64,000 nucleotides of DNA from a virus. Lineage: Duplodnaviria > Caudoviricetes. The DNA is taken from IMG/VR virus record IMGVR_UViG_3300044656_000027, positions 32,001 through 96,000 of that record; one strand, 5' to 3'. The notes under the pieces are model-generated. The model was not told the origin of the DNA and did no database searches. It worked only from the letters and a program-made list of their open reading frames with translations. Positions 63,252-64,000 of the stretch are shown piece by piece. Within the stretch, counting starts at the first letter, position 1, and every line of letters starts with the position of its first letter. The translations under genes were made by a program, and so were the position numbers.

Positions 63252-63560
63252 GTGCCTAGCTTTACCCTGAATCTTCCTGGTATTGTCCGTGTGGAAGACA
63301 CTCACACGTACAAGGGACACCCTGCTACCGTGCTTTACATTTTCGATCAAGCGGTAGCCTATTTCGTTGGTAAGGATAATTACCTTTCCAATCAGGATTG
63401 GGAGGAATGCATTCAATTGCATCTCGCCCGATTCTTTGCGGAAAAGGTAATGGAGCGATTCCCAGACGAGTGGGTAAGTGAGCACCCTTCTGGACGTGAA
63501 TTGTATTCTCAGCGCCCCCGTACTATTGAATTCATCGAAGAGAGGCCAGACAGTGAGTAA
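63252..63560 (+). CDS. hypothetical protein
   Basis: 102-aa ORF. Confidence 0.6.
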   Translation: MPSFTLNLPGIVRVEDTHTYKGHPATVLYIFDQAVAYFVGKDNYLSNQDWEECIQLHLARFFAEKVMERFPDEWVSEHPSGRELYSQRPRTIEFIEERPDSE

Positions 63561-63777
63561 GCTTGGTGACATTCCCGTTCCCGTTATGCTTACGCGTGAT
63601 CAAGTGCGTTTGATCCGTGGCATGATCTACACCGTTACTCATGATGGGGCAATCAGTATTCCCCTGTTTGATGAGTTGCGGCCTATTCTGGACAATGCAG
63701 AGGACACAGCCACTGTGGAGCACGCTAAGCGGCGTACGCCTGTCGTTGCTTGGTTGGCGACCACGCATAAGGAGTAA
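63553..63777 (+). CDS. hypothetical protein
   Basis: GTG start MSKLGD with GAGG RBS overlapping upstream stop. Confidence 0.6.
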   Translation: MSKLGDIPVPVMLTRDQVRLIRGMIYTVTHDGAISIPLFDELRPILDNAEDTATVEHAKRRTPVVAWLATTHKE

Positions 63778-63779
63778 TC

Positions 63780-64000
63780 ATGATCTCTGTCAGTAGTCAC
63801 AGAGAATCCCTTACTCTGTCATTGGAGGAGTGGGACACGTACCCTGTGGAGATAGCCAACAAGCGCGGGAGCAATTGGGTAACCATCACCCGTGTGGAGC
63901 TCAGCTATTCCATTGGAGTGATCAAGGGTCCCAAGCGAGTGACAGTGCACATTCATGGTTGGTACATGGGTGATGCTCGGAAAGTGTGTGAGTGCACCAA
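63780..64000 (+). CDS. hypothetical protein, truncated by window edge
   Basis: AAGGAG RBS, MISVSSHRESL..., open to end. Confidence 0.6.
   Translation, partial: MISVSSHRESLTLSLEEWDTYPVEIANKRGSNWVTITRVELSYSIGVIKGPKRVTVHIHGWYMGDARKVCECT

Noticed and set aside
1-64000. Prophage or eCIS locus in a bacterial chromosome
   Set aside because: No integrase, repressor or host housekeeping genes in the window; capsid, portal and terminase are present

Overview
A 64-kb segment of a large lytic myovirus genome. The host is most likely an actinomycete, probably Streptomyces; this is an inference from leaderless sigma70/HrdB-type promoters, CCA-less tRNAs and actinobacterial-type gene families, and the layout recalls BRock-like Streptomyces myophages. 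Layout: (1) 1-2.8 kb, start of a replication/nucleotide region (DnaC-like ATPase N-terminus, DUF3310); (2) 2.9-37 kb, minus-strand morphogenesis operon with terminase, portal, scaffold, N4-gp56-type capsid, neck, two beta-helix fibres, sheath, T4-gp19 tube, chaperones, tape measure with NlpC/P60 and transglycosylase domains, baseplate and fibres; (3) 37-41 kb, MazG-like protein, metallophosphoesterase, Rnl1-type RNA ligase, HNH; (4) 41.2-52.2 kb, about 34 tRNA/tRNA-like genes covering all 20 amino acids, interleaved with small ORFs and structured spacers; (5) 52-58 kb, small genes around a divergent promoter (VIT1, HNH, HAD, DEDDh exonuclease); (6) 58.2-58.9 kb, non-coding repeat region, then a GC-richer plus-strand gene block with repeated intergenic elements. 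Most notable: an 80-nt tmRNA reduced to its tRNA-like domain, a GGQ release-factor domain starting 2 nt after a tRNA discriminator, a rewired tRNA-Arg next to an HNH-truncated normal copy, three unannotated tandem zinc-finger microproteins, a scaffold-mimic peptide, an Acb2/Tad1-like protein and a candidate +1 frameshift. All calls come from reading the sequence by eye; no searches or folding programs were run.
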